Shown here in pieces: positions 49,012 to 59,146 of a DNA stretch of 64,000 nucleotides. Position numbers and translations under genes: made by a program. The stretch comes from Bacillota bacterium (GTDB lineage Bacteria; Bacillota; JAAYKD01), in NCBI GenBank assembly GCA_963666425.2, contig OY762825.2, forward strand, positions 1,216,001 to 1,280,000, read 5' to 3'. Below the pieces are notes generated by a model. It had not been told where the DNA came from. It searched no databases and was given only the letters and a program-made list of their open reading frames with translations. Each line of letters begins with the position of its first letter. The first letter of the stretch is position 1.

Positions 49012-49920
49012 TTGACACAAGCGAAAAGGCAAGCCAACTTAACAGATTTGCGCCGCGGCAGGCTGAAACGAGTTTTGGCAGAGAAACCTTTGATTACCGC
49101 TTTGGAAGCGCACAGCGGTCTGACCGGCTTAATTGCCGAAAAGACTTCCGTCTGCCGCAATGGTAAAACGGTGCAATTTGACGCCATCTGGTGCTCCAGT
49201 CTCTGTGATGCAACACTGAGAGGCAAGCCGGACATTGAATTGGTTGATTTTTCAGACCGACTGCGCACGCTGGATGAGATCATGGATGTCACAACCATTC
49301 CGATTATTTACGATGCCGATACCGGCGGTTTGAGCGAGCATTTTGCTTATCATATCCGCACTTTAGAACGTCTCGGCGTTTCCGCCGTGATTATCGAAGA
49401 CAAAACCGGATTAAAAAGGAATTCCCTGTTCGGCACCGAGGTCGAGCAAACTCAGGACAGCATTACGAACTTCTGCAGTAAACTTTCCAGCGGAAAAGCC
49501 GCCCTGCAGAGCGATGATTTTCTGCTGATCGCGCGCATCGAGAGCCTGATCCTACAGCAAGGGATGCCGGACGCCTTAGCCAGAGCTTTTGCCTATGTCG
49601 AAGCCGGCGCCGATGGGATCATGATTCATTCCAAGCAAAAGGATCCGGCCGAGATTTTCGAATTTTGTGCAAAATTCCGCTCGAAAGATACCACAACGCC
49701 TTTGGTGGTTGTACCCAGTACCTTCGCAGCCGTGACCGAAGAGGAATTTGCCGAGCGTGGCGTCAACCTGGTGATCTATGCCAACCAATTGACCCGCAGC
49801 GCCGTGCTTGCCATGCAAACGACCGCGGCAGCAATTTTGAATCACCAGCGCGCGCTGGAAGCGGATGCCGGCTGTATGCCGATTCAGGAAATTCTTAGAT
49901 TGATCCCTCAGAGCAATTAA
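49012..49920 (+). CDS. pepM: Phosphoenolpyruvate phosphomutase
   Basis: EAHSGL, D.DTGG, PepM signature EDK-X5-NS (EDKTGLKRNS), ARIES, IYANQ; probable TTG start after GAGGTG. Confidence 0.9.
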   Translation: MTQAKRQANLTDLRRGRLKRVLAEKPLITALEAHSGLTGLIAEKTSVCRNGKTVQFDAIWCSSLCDATLRGKPDIELVDFSDRLRTLDEIMDVTTIPIIYDADTGGLSEHFAYHIRTLERLGVSAVIIEDKTGLKRNSLFGTEVEQTQDSITNFCSKLSSGKAALQSDDFLLIARIESLILQQGMPDALARAFAYVEAGADGIMIHSKQKDPAEIFEFCAKFRSKDTTTPLVVVPSTFAAVTEEEFAERGVNLVIYANQLTRSAVLAMQTTAAAILNHQRALEADAGCMPIQEILRLIPQSN

Positions 49921-49922
49921 GT

Positions 49923-49973
49923 AAAAAAGAACGGTTCCCTGCCAAAAACAAAGCGCAGGGAACCGTTCTTTTT
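49923..49973. terminator. Bidirectional intrinsic terminator
   Basis: aaaagaacggttccctgc...gcagggaaccgttctttt. Confidence 0.85.
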
Positions 49974-51161
49974 CTATTTGAGTGTAATGCTGCCCAAAAT
50001 CACCGGATGACTGGCTCCGGTGGCGGCAGGAAGGTTGCCGGGCTCGCTAAACAAGGTTTCATTGGCTAAGACCGCAAAAGCAATCGCCTCTTTGGCGTCC
50101 GCCGGCATCGCAAAATCCTCCGGCTGCAGCCAGGTAACCTGCGGCAGCGCTTGCCGCAGCATTCGCACCAGGCAGGGGTTTTTGGCGCCGCCGCCGCTTA
50201 AAATCACCTCGTCAACCGATCCCTTTGACCAGCAGTAGCGGAGGTAATGATCGATGATGCTTTGCGCCGTAAAAGCCGTGGCGGTCGCGAATAAATCTTC
50301 TTTGCTGAGCCGCAATTGGTCTGCGGTCTGCAGCAGATTTTCGGTAAATTGTTCACCGAACAGCTCCCTGCCGGTGCTTTTCGGCGGTGGCAGCTGCAGA
50401 TAAGGCAACTGCAGCAGCTGAGCCAGCAAAGGCTGGTGGATTTGACCGCGGGCGGCGCAAAGGCCGTCCCAATCGCAAGGCTGATTCAGCAGCCGCTGTG
50501 CCAGGGCGTCGAGGATCATATTGCCCGGTCCGCTATCGCAGGCGACAATCTCTTGCGGGCTGGCGTTGGCAGGTAAAAAGGTGAAATTGGCAATGCCGCC
50601 GATGTTCTGCAGGATACGTCCCTTCTTCGGGTGCGTAAAGAGCAGATAATCCACATAGGGTACTAAAGGAGCCCCTTGACCACCCGCCGCCATATCCCGG
50701 CTGCGGAAGTCGGCAATGGTCGTGATCCCGGTGCGTTCCGCAATAACGGCGGCGGCACCGAGCTGCAGAGTGGATCTTTGCGGCCGCCCGGCAAAATTCT
50801 GCGCTTCCGGAATATGGTAGACGGTCTGCCCGTGCGAACCGATCAGATCGATTGCGCTGTTTTCCAGGCCCGAGGCCGCTAGCAATGCCTGCACGGCCTC
50901 GGCAAACAACTCGCCGATGGCGAAATTGAGTTGACAGATCTGGTCCACGCGGCTGCTTTCCGGTCGAAAAGCGGCAAAGATCTCCCGGCGCAGCGCGGCC
51001 GGCACGGGATATTCCAGATAATGCAGCAATTCGAGTTTGGTTGTCCTGCCGCTGCCGCCAATCCGGCAGAGAGCGGCATCCACACTGTCCACCGATGTGC
51101 CGCACATCAAACCAATGATCAAGCGCTCTTTTTTTTGCGTTAATGTCAGCAATTGCAGCAT
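49974..51161 (-). CDS. anmK: Anhydro-N-acetylmuramic acid kinase
   Basis: GLMCGTSVD, GSHGQT, DFRSRDMAAGGQGAPLVP, NIGGIAN, PPKSTGRE, KEAIAFA. Confidence 0.95.
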   Translation of the reverse strand: MLQLLTLTQKKERLIIGLMCGTSVDSVDAALCRIGGSGRTTKLELLHYLEYPVPAALRREIFAAFRPESSRVDQICQLNFAIGELFAEAVQALLAASGLENSAIDLIGSHGQTVYHIPEAQNFAGRPQRSTLQLGAAAVIAERTGITTIADFRSRDMAAGGQGAPLVPYVDYLLFTHPKKGRILQNIGGIANFTFLPANASPQEIVACDSGPGNMILDALAQRLLNQPCDWDGLCAARGQIHQPLLAQLLQLPYLQLPPPKSTGRELFGEQFTENLLQTADQLRLSKEDLFATATAFTAQSIIDHYLRYCWSKGSVDEVILSGGGAKNPCLVRMLRQALPQVTWLQPEDFAMPADAKEAIAFAVLANETLFSEPGNLPAATGASHPVILGSITLK

Positions 51162-51165
51162 GGCT

Positions 51166-52299
51166 TTAGGACAGCGCCGCGAAGACGGCGTTGTGAATCA
51201 AAGCGCGGTAGCGGATATGCCGGTCTTCCCGGCGGCTGGGATGGACCCGGTTGGTCAGCCAAATCACAAAGAGACCGCTGCGTGGATTGGGTACAATGGA
51301 AGTGCCGGTAAAACCGGTGTGCCCGAAACTGGCGGGAGAAGCGAGATCACCCATAAAAGAGTTCGTCGGCGCCTTCAGCAGCCAGCCAAGACCGCGATAT
51401 TCTTCGCCAATGGCGGCGGTATAATTGAGAATGGAGGTGCGGACTGTGCTCGGCGAAAGCAGGCGTTTGTTGTGGTAGCTGCCTTCTCCGATCCACATCT
51501 GAGCAAAACTCGCCATGTCTCTGGCGCTGCTGAAGATGCCGGCGTTGCCGCTGACACCACCCTGACAGCGCGCATTTTCATCGTGCACTTCGCCCCAGCA
51601 AAGCTTGCCTTTTTGCCAGCTGCAGTATTCGGTCGGTGCAATCCGATTTTTATTGACTTGCGGATTGTAACCGGTCTCCTGTAACCCGAGCGGCAGGAAC
51701 AATTCCCGTTCAAGAAACTCCGGCAGCGTCTGACCGCTGATCCGCTGCAGCGCATTACCTAAAGTAATATACCCGAGACAGCTGTAAGCGACCTGACTGC
51801 CAGGTGCCGTCTGCAGCGGCGAGGCCGCAATGGCGTTCAGCATTTCCTGCTGGCTGCTGCAGGTCAGAAAGAAATTATCATGCGGCAAAAGTCCGGAGGT
51901 ATGTGTCAGCAAATGACGCATCCGAATCATTTGTTTGTCGGGTCGCTGATATTCCGCTAAAAATAAGCTGACCGGATCATCCAAACGAAAAGCGCCCTGT
52001 TCCAGCAGTTTGAGCGCTATAAAAGTGGTAAACAGCTTGCTGATCGAAGCCATATCATAGAGTGTATCGATTTCCACCGCAGCGCCTTGGGCTAACGTGG
52101 TTGTGCTGCCGCTGCAATGAAAAACCACCTGGTCTTGCGTGCCGACAGCCAGAACGGCCCCGGGAGCCACACCTTCGGCGATCGCCCGATCAGACAGAGC
52201 AAAAGCACGCCCCAAGCGCGCTTCCATTTCCGCCGGCAGTAAGCCGGAACGCAGAAAAGGCAACGGCTGTTCGCCAGCGGCAGGGTAAATTTCAGGCAT
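51166..52299 (-). CDS. Serine hydrolase, beta-lactamase family (AmiE/EstB-like)
   Basis: ASISK (SxxK), LLTHTSGL, YS, GEVHDENA, GHTGFTGTS, LTNRVHP. Confidence 0.88.
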   Translation of the reverse strand: MPEIYPAAGEQPLPFLRSGLLPAEMEARLGRAFALSDRAIAEGVAPGAVLAVGTQDQVVFHCSGSTTTLAQGAAVEIDTLYDMASISKLFTTFIALKLLEQGAFRLDDPVSLFLAEYQRPDKQMIRMRHLLTHTSGLLPHDNFFLTCSSQQEMLNAIAASPLQTAPGSQVAYSCLGYITLGNALQRISGQTLPEFLERELFLPLGLQETGYNPQVNKNRIAPTEYCSWQKGKLCWGEVHDENARCQGGVSGNAGIFSSARDMASFAQMWIGEGSYHNKRLLSPSTVRTSILNYTAAIGEEYRGLGWLLKAPTNSFMGDLASPASFGHTGFTGTSIVPNPRSGLFVIWLTNRVHPSRREDRHIRYRALIHNAVFAALS

Positions 52300-52386
52300 A
52301 AAAAAACCTCCCAGTCATGCGTATGTTCTCCTTACCATCGCACTCTTTGCAAATGGGCAAGAGAAAGCTAGGAACAGCGGCACACT

Positions 52387-53283
52387 TTAGAGCAGTGCAG
52401 CCGCGATAAACCCATTGGTTGCCAGTAACCGCCGCTCGGCTTCTGCCGCATCCACCTGCGCCAGAATCATCACAATGGCCGTCTTCGCCTGATTTTTTGC
52501 GGCACTCAAGGCCTCATTGGCTGTCTCTTCGCTGCAATTGGCCGCCAGGCAGACAATCCGGTTGGCGCGCTGCAGCAATTTAGCATTGGTTGGCTGCAGA
52601 TCAACCATCAAATTGGAATAAATCTTACCGCTGCGGCTGAGAGCTGCCGTGGTCAGCATATTCAGAATTTGTTTTTGTGCGGAACCGGCCTTCAGCCGGC
52701 TGGAACCCATCAGAATCTCCGGCCCCACCACCGGTGTAATCGCATAATCCACCATTTTAGCCAGGGGAGAATCGGCGTTGCAGGTAATGCAGAGGGTAAC
52801 CGCTTGCTGATGGCGCGCAGCCTGCATGGCTCCCAAGACATAAGGGGTCAAGCCGGAGGCAGCGATGCCGCAGACCACATCCTTAACGGTCGGATCAAGC
52901 TGCAGCAAATCGAGCGCCCCCTGCTCCGCATCATCTTCCACATTCTCTACAGCATGACGCAGCGCGTAGTCACCGCCGGCCATAATAGCCTGCACCTGTG
53001 TTTCCGGCGTGCCAAAGGTTGGCGGGCATTCGGAGGCATCTAAAACCCCCAGACGTCCGCTGGTGCCGGCTCCGATATAAAGAAGACGCCCGCCCGCCCG
53101 AAAAGCCTGTTCAATTTGCTCTACAGCCACCGCAATCACCGGCAGCTGCGCGGCGACTGCCAGATTCACCTGCTGTTCTTCCCGATTCATTAAGGTCACA
53201 ATTTCTAAAGCAGACATTTGATCCAAATTGAGCGAATTTGGATTACGGCTCTCCGTCATCCACACCTGCGGATCATTGATCAT
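52387..53283 (-). CDS. murQ: N-acetylmuramic acid 6-phosphate etherase
   Basis: TESRNP, GAGTSGRLGVLDASECPPTFG, GPE...GSSRLKAGSAQK, NLMVD. Confidence 0.96.
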   Translation of the reverse strand: MINDPQVWMTESRNPNSLNLDQMSALEIVTLMNREEQQVNLAVAAQLPVIAVAVEQIEQAFRAGGRLLYIGAGTSGRLGVLDASECPPTFGTPETQVQAIMAGGDYALRHAVENVEDDAEQGALDLLQLDPTVKDVVCGIAASGLTPYVLGAMQAARHQQAVTLCITCNADSPLAKMVDYAITPVVGPEILMGSSRLKAGSAQKQILNMLTTAALSRSGKIYSNLMVDLQPTNAKLLQRANRIVCLAANCSEETANEALSAAKNQAKTAIVMILAQVDAAEAERRLLATNGFIAAALL

Positions 53284-54256
53284 TGAAACTTCGCCTCACT
53301 TTCTCTAAAACCGCTTGGGGAATTTCAGTATGATAGGCTTGCAGCCCCAACAGCAGAGCGCCGATCAGCGGTTGATAAACCGGTTGGCTAAGATAAGCTA
53401 AAGGAGCGCAGGCTTGAATCTGAGCTTCCAATCCTCTTGCCCACTGCCAGCCGTGTGTAAATCCACCCCCGGTCAGGGCCACCGGAAAACGCTCGGACTG
53501 CATCCCCAAACGAGTGATTACCGCAGCGGCCGCCAGGCTCAATTCCCCTACCGCCTCGTCGAGAATCGCTAAGGCCACAGCGTCGCCTGCCGCTGCCGCC
53601 TGTTTGACCTGCAGCGACAGAGCCGCGATCTGGGGACGCTGCATTTCTTTGCTGTAGACTTGTAAAACGATTTTTTCATAGGAAGAGACAGCCAAGGTGT
53701 GCAGCAATAACTCTGTCAGCATGGTCTTTTTGCCTCTGCCGTCACCTGCCCGCATCACGGCCATCAATCCTTTGCGGCCGATATCATACCCGCCGCCTTC
53801 ATCGCCAATCAGCGGTCCCCAACCGCCGGCACGGGCAAACTGACCCGCCTTGCTGCAGCCATAAATAATCGAACCGGTGCCGCAGATGATTGCCACACCA
53901 GGCTTTCCTGCCGTGGCACCGGTCAGCGCGATGATACCGTCATTGTCCAAGTGCAATTTCGTATAAAGAGGCGGGAATTCGTCTAACAGCTCCGCGATGA
54001 CCTGGCGGTCTTCTTCCCGTCCTACTCCAGCCAGGCCGAAATAGCCGACTGCAGCGGTTTGAATTTCCAAATTCGCCGCCCGATAAGCCCCTTCAATGGC
54101 CGAGCGCAGAGACTGCGCCACAGTTTCCTTACCGGCAACATGATAATTCGCCGGACCGCCCGCACCGCTGCCAAGCACCGTACCATCGGCAGCAGCCAAC
54201 AGTGCTCTGGTGTTGCTGCCGCCGCCGTCCACCGCCAGAATCAATGCTTCTTTCAT
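53273..54256 (-). CDS. BadF/BadG/BcrA/BcrD-type GlcNAc/MurNAc kinase (MurK-like)
   Basis: DGGGSNT, GLAG, ND, GTGS, RAGGWG.LIGDEGGG. Confidence 0.88.
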   Translation of the reverse strand: MKEALILAVDGGGSNTRALLAAADGTVLGSGAGGPANYHVAGKETVAQSLRSAIEGAYRAANLEIQTAAVGYFGLAGVGREEDRQVIAELLDEFPPLYTKLHLDNDGIIALTGATAGKPGVAIICGTGSIIYGCSKAGQFARAGGWGPLIGDEGGGYDIGRKGLMAVMRAGDGRGKKTMLTELLLHTLAVSSYEKIVLQVYSKEMQRPQIAALSLQVKQAAAAGDAVALAILDEAVGELSLAAAAVITRLGMQSERFPVALTGGGFTHGWQWARGLEAQIQACAPLAYLSQPVYQPLIGALLLGLQAYHTEIPQAVLEKVRRSFNDQ

Positions 54257-54268
54257 ACCCTGCTTCCT

Positions 54269-55666
54269 TTATGCTTGCCGCATCAAAATGCGGCCGCCAT
54301 TGCCGATTGCCCAAACCGATTCGTCAGCGCGGCGCAGAAAACGAATTTCACTTTTCACTAAGTTGGTCTGCGCCAAGGCCAGATCCGGCAAAACGGTATC
54401 CAGAGTAAGCACTTCCTCATCCAACAGGACCTGCAGCTGCTGCTCTGCATTCAGACTGATGGTTAAGACGCCGCCTTCGCCGGAGACAAAGCTGCCGCAG
54501 GCTGCCTGCTTTTGGGCTTGGCTCCATTCCCGGTGCTGAAAAACCGTCATCGGTTCTTTGGGGCTGTGATTGTTGCACCACTTGATCATCGCTTTGGCCA
54601 GATTCGAAACGGGAACTGCGCTGGTGTTGCACAATACAATCACACCCAGAGACAAATCATAAGACCAAAGGATGTTGGTTGAAACGCCGGTTAAGCCGCC
54701 GCTGTGTCCGGTTACCGTAATGTCGTCCAGGGGGAACGTCTGCAGGGCAAAACCATAGCCGACATGATGACTGTAGGTCTGACGTTGCTTTTGCATCTCA
54801 CAGATACCGGTATCGCTTAAGAGTTTGCCTTCGGCATAGCGACCGTGATTCAGCCACATGGTTACGTAGCGCTCCATATCGGCAAGGGTTGACTTCAGCG
54901 AACCGCCGCCCATCATCACAAACTGATTATCAAGCCAATCGTGCGTCGCTCGCAGACCGGTTTTACCGGGCACATAGAGTGTGTTGGCATTCTCATCCTG
55001 CAGCGGTTTGGTGAAACTATAGGTGGAACGGCTCATTCCCAGCGGAGCCAGAATATGCTTCTCCACATATTCGGCATAGGAATTTTCGCCGCCGTAAAGG
55101 CGGATAATTTCCGACAACATGGCAAAGCCATCGTTGGAATAGCTGATATGCTCACCCGGCTGGCCTAAAAAGGTCTTGATTTCACTCAATTGCTTCAGCA
55201 ATAATTGGATACCGGCTTTGGCGACGGTCGGTGAATAGGCCAGATTCTCCCGCTCCTCTGCCGGCAGATCCAGCTTAGGCGCAACCTTGCTCAATAATAA
55301 ACGCGGCTGGGGTGGGTAACCGGCGCTGTGACAAAGCAAATGCCATAAACGAGGCATGTTTTGATTGGGATAAATCAATTCCGGCAGGTAGCGGTTGACC
55401 GGAGCATAGAGATCGAGGATCCCTTTCTCCACCAACTGCATTATGCAGAGGGCAGTAAAGGATTTGGTGATGGAAGCCAAACCGAAGATGGTATTCTCAT
55501 CCAGCGGCAGCTGTTTTTCCAGATCACGATAGCCGAAAAATTTGCGGTAGATCGTCTCACCTTTTTGGTTAACCACGGCAACAGCAGTTCCGACAGCCTG
55601 ATAAGCGGCCATAAAATCACGGACCATCTGTTCAAATTCCTGTTGATACGCTGTGTTTAGTTGCAT
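54269..55666 (-). CDS. Serine hydrolase, beta-lactamase/peptidase S12 family
   Basis: ASITKSFT, LL.HSAG, YSN, GHSGG; start ATG 55666. Confidence 0.88.
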   Translation of the reverse strand: MQLNTAYQQEFEQMVRDFMAAYQAVGTAVAVVNQKGETIYRKFFGYRDLEKQLPLDENTIFGLASITKSFTALCIMQLVEKGILDLYAPVNRYLPELIYPNQNMPRLWHLLCHSAGYPPQPRLLLSKVAPKLDLPAEERENLAYSPTVAKAGIQLLLKQLSEIKTFLGQPGEHISYSNDGFAMLSEIIRLYGGENSYAEYVEKHILAPLGMSRSTYSFTKPLQDENANTLYVPGKTGLRATHDWLDNQFVMMGGGSLKSTLADMERYVTMWLNHGRYAEGKLLSDTGICEMQKQRQTYSHHVGYGFALQTFPLDDITVTGHSGGLTGVSTNILWSYDLSLGVIVLCNTSAVPVSNLAKAMIKWCNNHSPKEPMTVFQHREWSQAQKQAACGSFVSGEGGVLTISLNAEQQLQVLLDEEVLTLDTVLPDLALAQTNLVKSEIRFLRRADESVWAIGNGGRILMRQA

Positions 55667-55757
55667 ATGCTCTCTCCCTTTGTGTTTTTTCTGCATAAGC
55701 AGTTCTCTTCTCAATTGCACATTGCAAAGCAAAATCCTTTTTCTTTTTTGCCCGTTT

Positions 55758-56177
55758 CTATCGCACGCTGCCCGCTAATTCTGCCGCCACGGCTTCTACA
55801 GCCAAACGAACATATTCCGCCATAGGCAATTCCTGCAGACCAACGATATAATGGTTGCATTTATTCATGGGAACTAGGATTTTTTTCGCCTTGCTGCCGC
55901 CTACCGCCACAGCCATGGCCGGAGTGACTTCTCCCAGCAAAGCGTTGGCCAGCACAATTCCGGTGGGGCCGATGATCAAATCGGCATCGCCGCTATTATA
56001 GATCACCGGATTTTCACCGGTCGCGCCGCTTTCCGCCCCGGCTCGCAGCATGGCCGCAGTCGCTGTACTGTTGGTACCCAAAGCAATCAGCTTGATTTGC
56101 GGCCACCGTCTGAGCAACTGTTCTACAATCAGAGAACCAAGCTTACCGCCCTGACCATCCATGATCAGGATTTTCAT
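55758..56177 (-). CDS. DUF3842 family protein
   Basis: DGQGG..G, GTNSTATAAMLRAGA..GATGEN, GEVTP.MA.AV..S.A.K. Confidence 0.85.
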   Translation of the reverse strand: MKILIMDGQGGKLGSLIVEQLLRRWPQIKLIALGTNSTATAAMLRAGAESGATGENPVIYNSGDADLIIGPTGIVLANALLGEVTPAMAVAVGGSKAKKILVPMNKCNHYIVGLQELPMAEYVRLAVEAVAAELAGSVR

Positions 56178-56386
56178 GGCAAAACCTCCTTCGCATTTCC
56201 AACTTATTTGTTTTCTATTATACATGAGAAAGCAAACCTTCACAAGAAATTCACAGCAGTATTGCAGTGATTCAAGCTAAAAAAAGTCCTACTTTCCCTG
56301 CAAACGGCAAGCAAATGCCGCTCTGCGCATCGGAAAGAAGGACCATTTTGTTTGGCTTTTTTATCAGTAACGGAACCGCCGCGTTC

Positions 56387-57424
56387 TTACATCATCGTCA
56401 GCGTATAAATTAAAGTCGTTGCAGCCACGGCCAGCCAAGTGCAGCCGCCCAATAAAATCGGCTTCAAGCCTTTCTTAAAGAGTTCATTCAATTTGATCTT
56501 ATAACCCACACCAACGAGTGCCATGGTGATAAAAAATTTATTGCCTTTACTCAGCCAGGGGGCGACAGAAGCAGGAATCAAGCCGAAGGTTTTACAAATC
56601 GCCAAGGCTAAAAAACCCAACACAAAGTAGGGGAACGATTTGAGCATCTGTTCTTTCATGGATAACTGTTGCTCTGTACTGCCGGATTTCTTGCTTTCGC
56701 GCAACATCCAAATGACTGCCGCCATGGCAACAAAAATCAGCATCGTCGTGCGGACAAGCTTCACCACAACCGCCAATTGACCGCCAGTCATGCCGTTGAT
56801 GCCAACCGCACCTTGCATCAAGCCGTCAAATGTGACGCCGGCTGCTGTGACGCTGGCCGTATCGCTGATCGCTAAACCGCCCAGGATGCCATACTGTTCC
56901 GGTGTCAGATGCATCGCCATAGCAGCATAGGGCCACATCGTTGCCGAAAAAATATCGAAAAAGAAAATCGCCGCCATGGCATAGGCAAACTCTTCTTCTT
57001 TGGCTTTGATAATCGAAGTCAAGGTGGCGATCGCAGTACCACCGCAAATCGCAGTACCGCCGCCAACTAAGATACCGGTATTCGTGCTCGTTTTCAATCG
57101 GCGGCCAATCAGCAACGCAACCGTAAAAGACAAACAGATATTGAAGAGAATCAGCGGCAAAGCCTGCATGCCAACGCCCAAAATTGACATAAAATTCAGC
57201 GTGCTGCCGGCCAGAATGATGCCAAACTTCAATAATTTACCGGAAGCATATTTCGTACCTTTCTGCACCTCGGCAGAAACCGGCCAGAGGTTGGATACGA
57301 TGACACCCAAGAACAGACCTAACATTGGAGCACCGATATAATGCTGCAGCCCTGCCAGCCAGGTTGCGGCAATTGCCATGACGGCACAAATGGAAAGCCC
57401 GATGATCATATTTTTCACCCTCAT
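56387..57424 (-). CDS. YeiH family putative sulfate exporter / UPF0324 membrane protein
   Basis: GTAICGGTAIA, VVKLVRT, about 10 TM helices. Confidence 0.88.
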   Translation of the reverse strand: MRVKNMIIGLSICAVMAIAATWLAGLQHYIGAPMLGLFLGVIVSNLWPVSAEVQKGTKYASGKLLKFGIILAGSTLNFMSILGVGMQALPLILFNICLSFTVALLIGRRLKTSTNTGILVGGGTAICGGTAIATLTSIIKAKEEEFAYAMAAIFFFDIFSATMWPYAAMAMHLTPEQYGILGGLAISDTASVTAAGVTFDGLMQGAVGINGMTGGQLAVVVKLVRTTMLIFVAMAAVIWMLRESKKSGSTEQQLSMKEQMLKSFPYFVLGFLALAICKTFGLIPASVAPWLSKGNKFFITMALVGVGYKIKLNELFKKGLKPILLGGCTWLAVAATTLIYTLTMM

Positions 57425-57768
57425 TACGAATTTTCGGACACCGCCGCCCCAAGCAAACGCTCCGAATCAGAGAATACCAATATATTCCCCTTATCTTTTC
57501 TAATCTCCTGCCAGAAAAAAGTGACACTATCAGACAGTTTTTCGATAACAGAAATATAAAAAATGAAGTTTATCGCCGTATTTAAATTCATGTTCTCTGA
57601 ATTGCTGGAAGCTTAAGACTTTCTATTTCAAGACTTGTTTCATGCAGTAAATGTCAGTATTTTACGTGAAGTATTTCATTTTCTGGGATTTACGAAAGCG
57701 ATTATTTATAGTATAATGTTTACACGTGCCTTTATGGCAAATATCGTCTTGGAAAGGGGCTTATTTTT

Positions 57769-58917
57769 ATGGAGTTTTTATTAGACGGAATCCTGGCTGT
57801 CACCTGGCAGCAACTTGTCATGTATGCTGTCGGATCTATTCTGATCTATTTGGCAATAGCGAAAGACTATGAACCCTCTTTATTATTACCGATGGGTTTC
57901 GGCGCCATTTTGGTTAATTTGCCGTTCTCCGGTGTCTTAAATCAAACCGTTGCAGGGATCGGTGAGAGCGCCGGTGTGATCGAATGGCTTTACCAGACTA
58001 CCATTGCCTCCTCCGAAGTATTGCCGCTGCTCTTATTCATCGGGATCGGCGCAATGATCGATTTTGGCCCCTTGCTTGCCAATCCGATTATGTTCCTGTT
58101 TGGCGCCGCAGCACAATTTGGTATTTTTGTGGCGATCTCTGTTGCCGCTTTAATGGGTTTCTCACTGACCGACGCCGCTTCTATCGGTATCATCGGTGCC
58201 GCTGACGGTCCGACTGCGATTCTCGTCTCTCAGGTGTTGAGATCCTCCTATTTGGGGCCGATTGCCGTTGCCGCTTATTCTTATATGGCCTTGGTTCCTA
58301 TCATTCAGCCCTTTGCGATTCGGCTGGTCACCAGTAAAAAAGAGCGTAAAATCCGCATGACCTACCGTCCGCAGAGCGTGACCCGGCAGACCCGGATCAT
58401 CTTCCCAATCGCTGTTACGATCATTGCCGGTTTTATTGCCCCGATGTCCGTTGCTTTGGTCGGATTTTTGATGTTTGGCAACCTGATTCGTGAATGCGGC
58501 TGTTTGAATCGTCTTTCCGAAACTGCGCAGAATGCTTTGGCTAACCTGATTACACTTTTATTGGGTATCACCATTTCTTTCAGTATGGTAGCTGATAAAT
58601 TCGTCACCGTGCAGACTTTATTAATCATGTGTCTTGGTTTAGTTGCTTTTATTTTTGATACCATCGCCGGTGTACTCTTTGCCAAATTCCTCAACCTCTT
58701 CCGCAAAGAAAAATTCAATCCGATGATCGGCGGCTGCGGTATTTCAGCTTTTCCGATGTCCTCCCGCGTTGTCGCCAAAATGGCAATCAAGGAAGATAAT
58801 CAGAATCACTTGCTGATGCATGCTGCCGGATCGAATGTTTCCGGTCAAATTGCTTCTGTTCTTGCCGGTGGTATGGTGCTGAATTTGATTCCGAAGATTT
58901 TGGAAACATTACACTAA
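57769..58917 (+). CDS. oadB: Na+-translocating decarboxylase beta subunit (OadB/GcdB/MmdB)
   Basis: EP.LLLPMGFG, GIGAMIDFGP, IGIIGAADGPTAI, AAYSYMALVPIIQP, NVSGQIAS. Confidence 0.94.
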   Translation: MEFLLDGILAVTWQQLVMYAVGSILIYLAIAKDYEPSLLLPMGFGAILVNLPFSGVLNQTVAGIGESAGVIEWLYQTTIASSEVLPLLLFIGIGAMIDFGPLLANPIMFLFGAAAQFGIFVAISVAALMGFSLTDAASIGIIGAADGPTAILVSQVLRSSYLGPIAVAAYSYMALVPIIQPFAIRLVTSKKERKIRMTYRPQSVTRQTRIIFPIAVTIIAGFIAPMSVALVGFLMFGNLIRECGCLNRLSETAQNALANLITLLLGITISFSMVADKFVTVQTLLIMCLGLVAFIFDTIAGVLFAKFLNLFRKEKFNPMIGGCGISAFPMSSRVVAKMAIKEDNQNHLLMHAAGSNVSGQIASVLAGGMVLNLIPKILETLH

Positions 58918-58942
58918 GATTGAAAGATAGGGAGGTAGACTT

Positions 58943-59083
58943 ATGTTTTCAGAAGAAACAATGACTGTCTTTTATGCCACGCTCAAACTCATGGGTCAAG
59001 GAATGCTTGGTATTTTTATTGGCATGATTTTGATTATGCTGACCGTTTACGCCCTCGGCAAAATCACCGCCGATAAAGAATAA
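58943..59083 (+). CDS. OadG-related small membrane subunit (46 aa, not in the ORF track)
   Basis: GGAGG RBS; MFSEETMTVFYATLKLMGQGMLGIFIGMILIMLTVYALGKITADKE, one TM helix with the G-M-x-G-I-F pattern. Confidence 0.82.
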   Translation: MFSEETMTVFYATLKLMGQGMLGIFIGMILIMLTVYALGKITADKE

Positions 59084-59095
59084 ACGATCCTGTTC

Positions 59096-59146
59096 AAAAA
59101 AAAAAGAAGAGATCTCTTCGCTATAAGGAAGGGATCTCTTCTTTTT
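59096..59146. terminator. Bidirectional intrinsic terminator
   Basis: aaaaagaagagatctcttc...gaagggatctcttcttttt. Confidence 0.85.
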
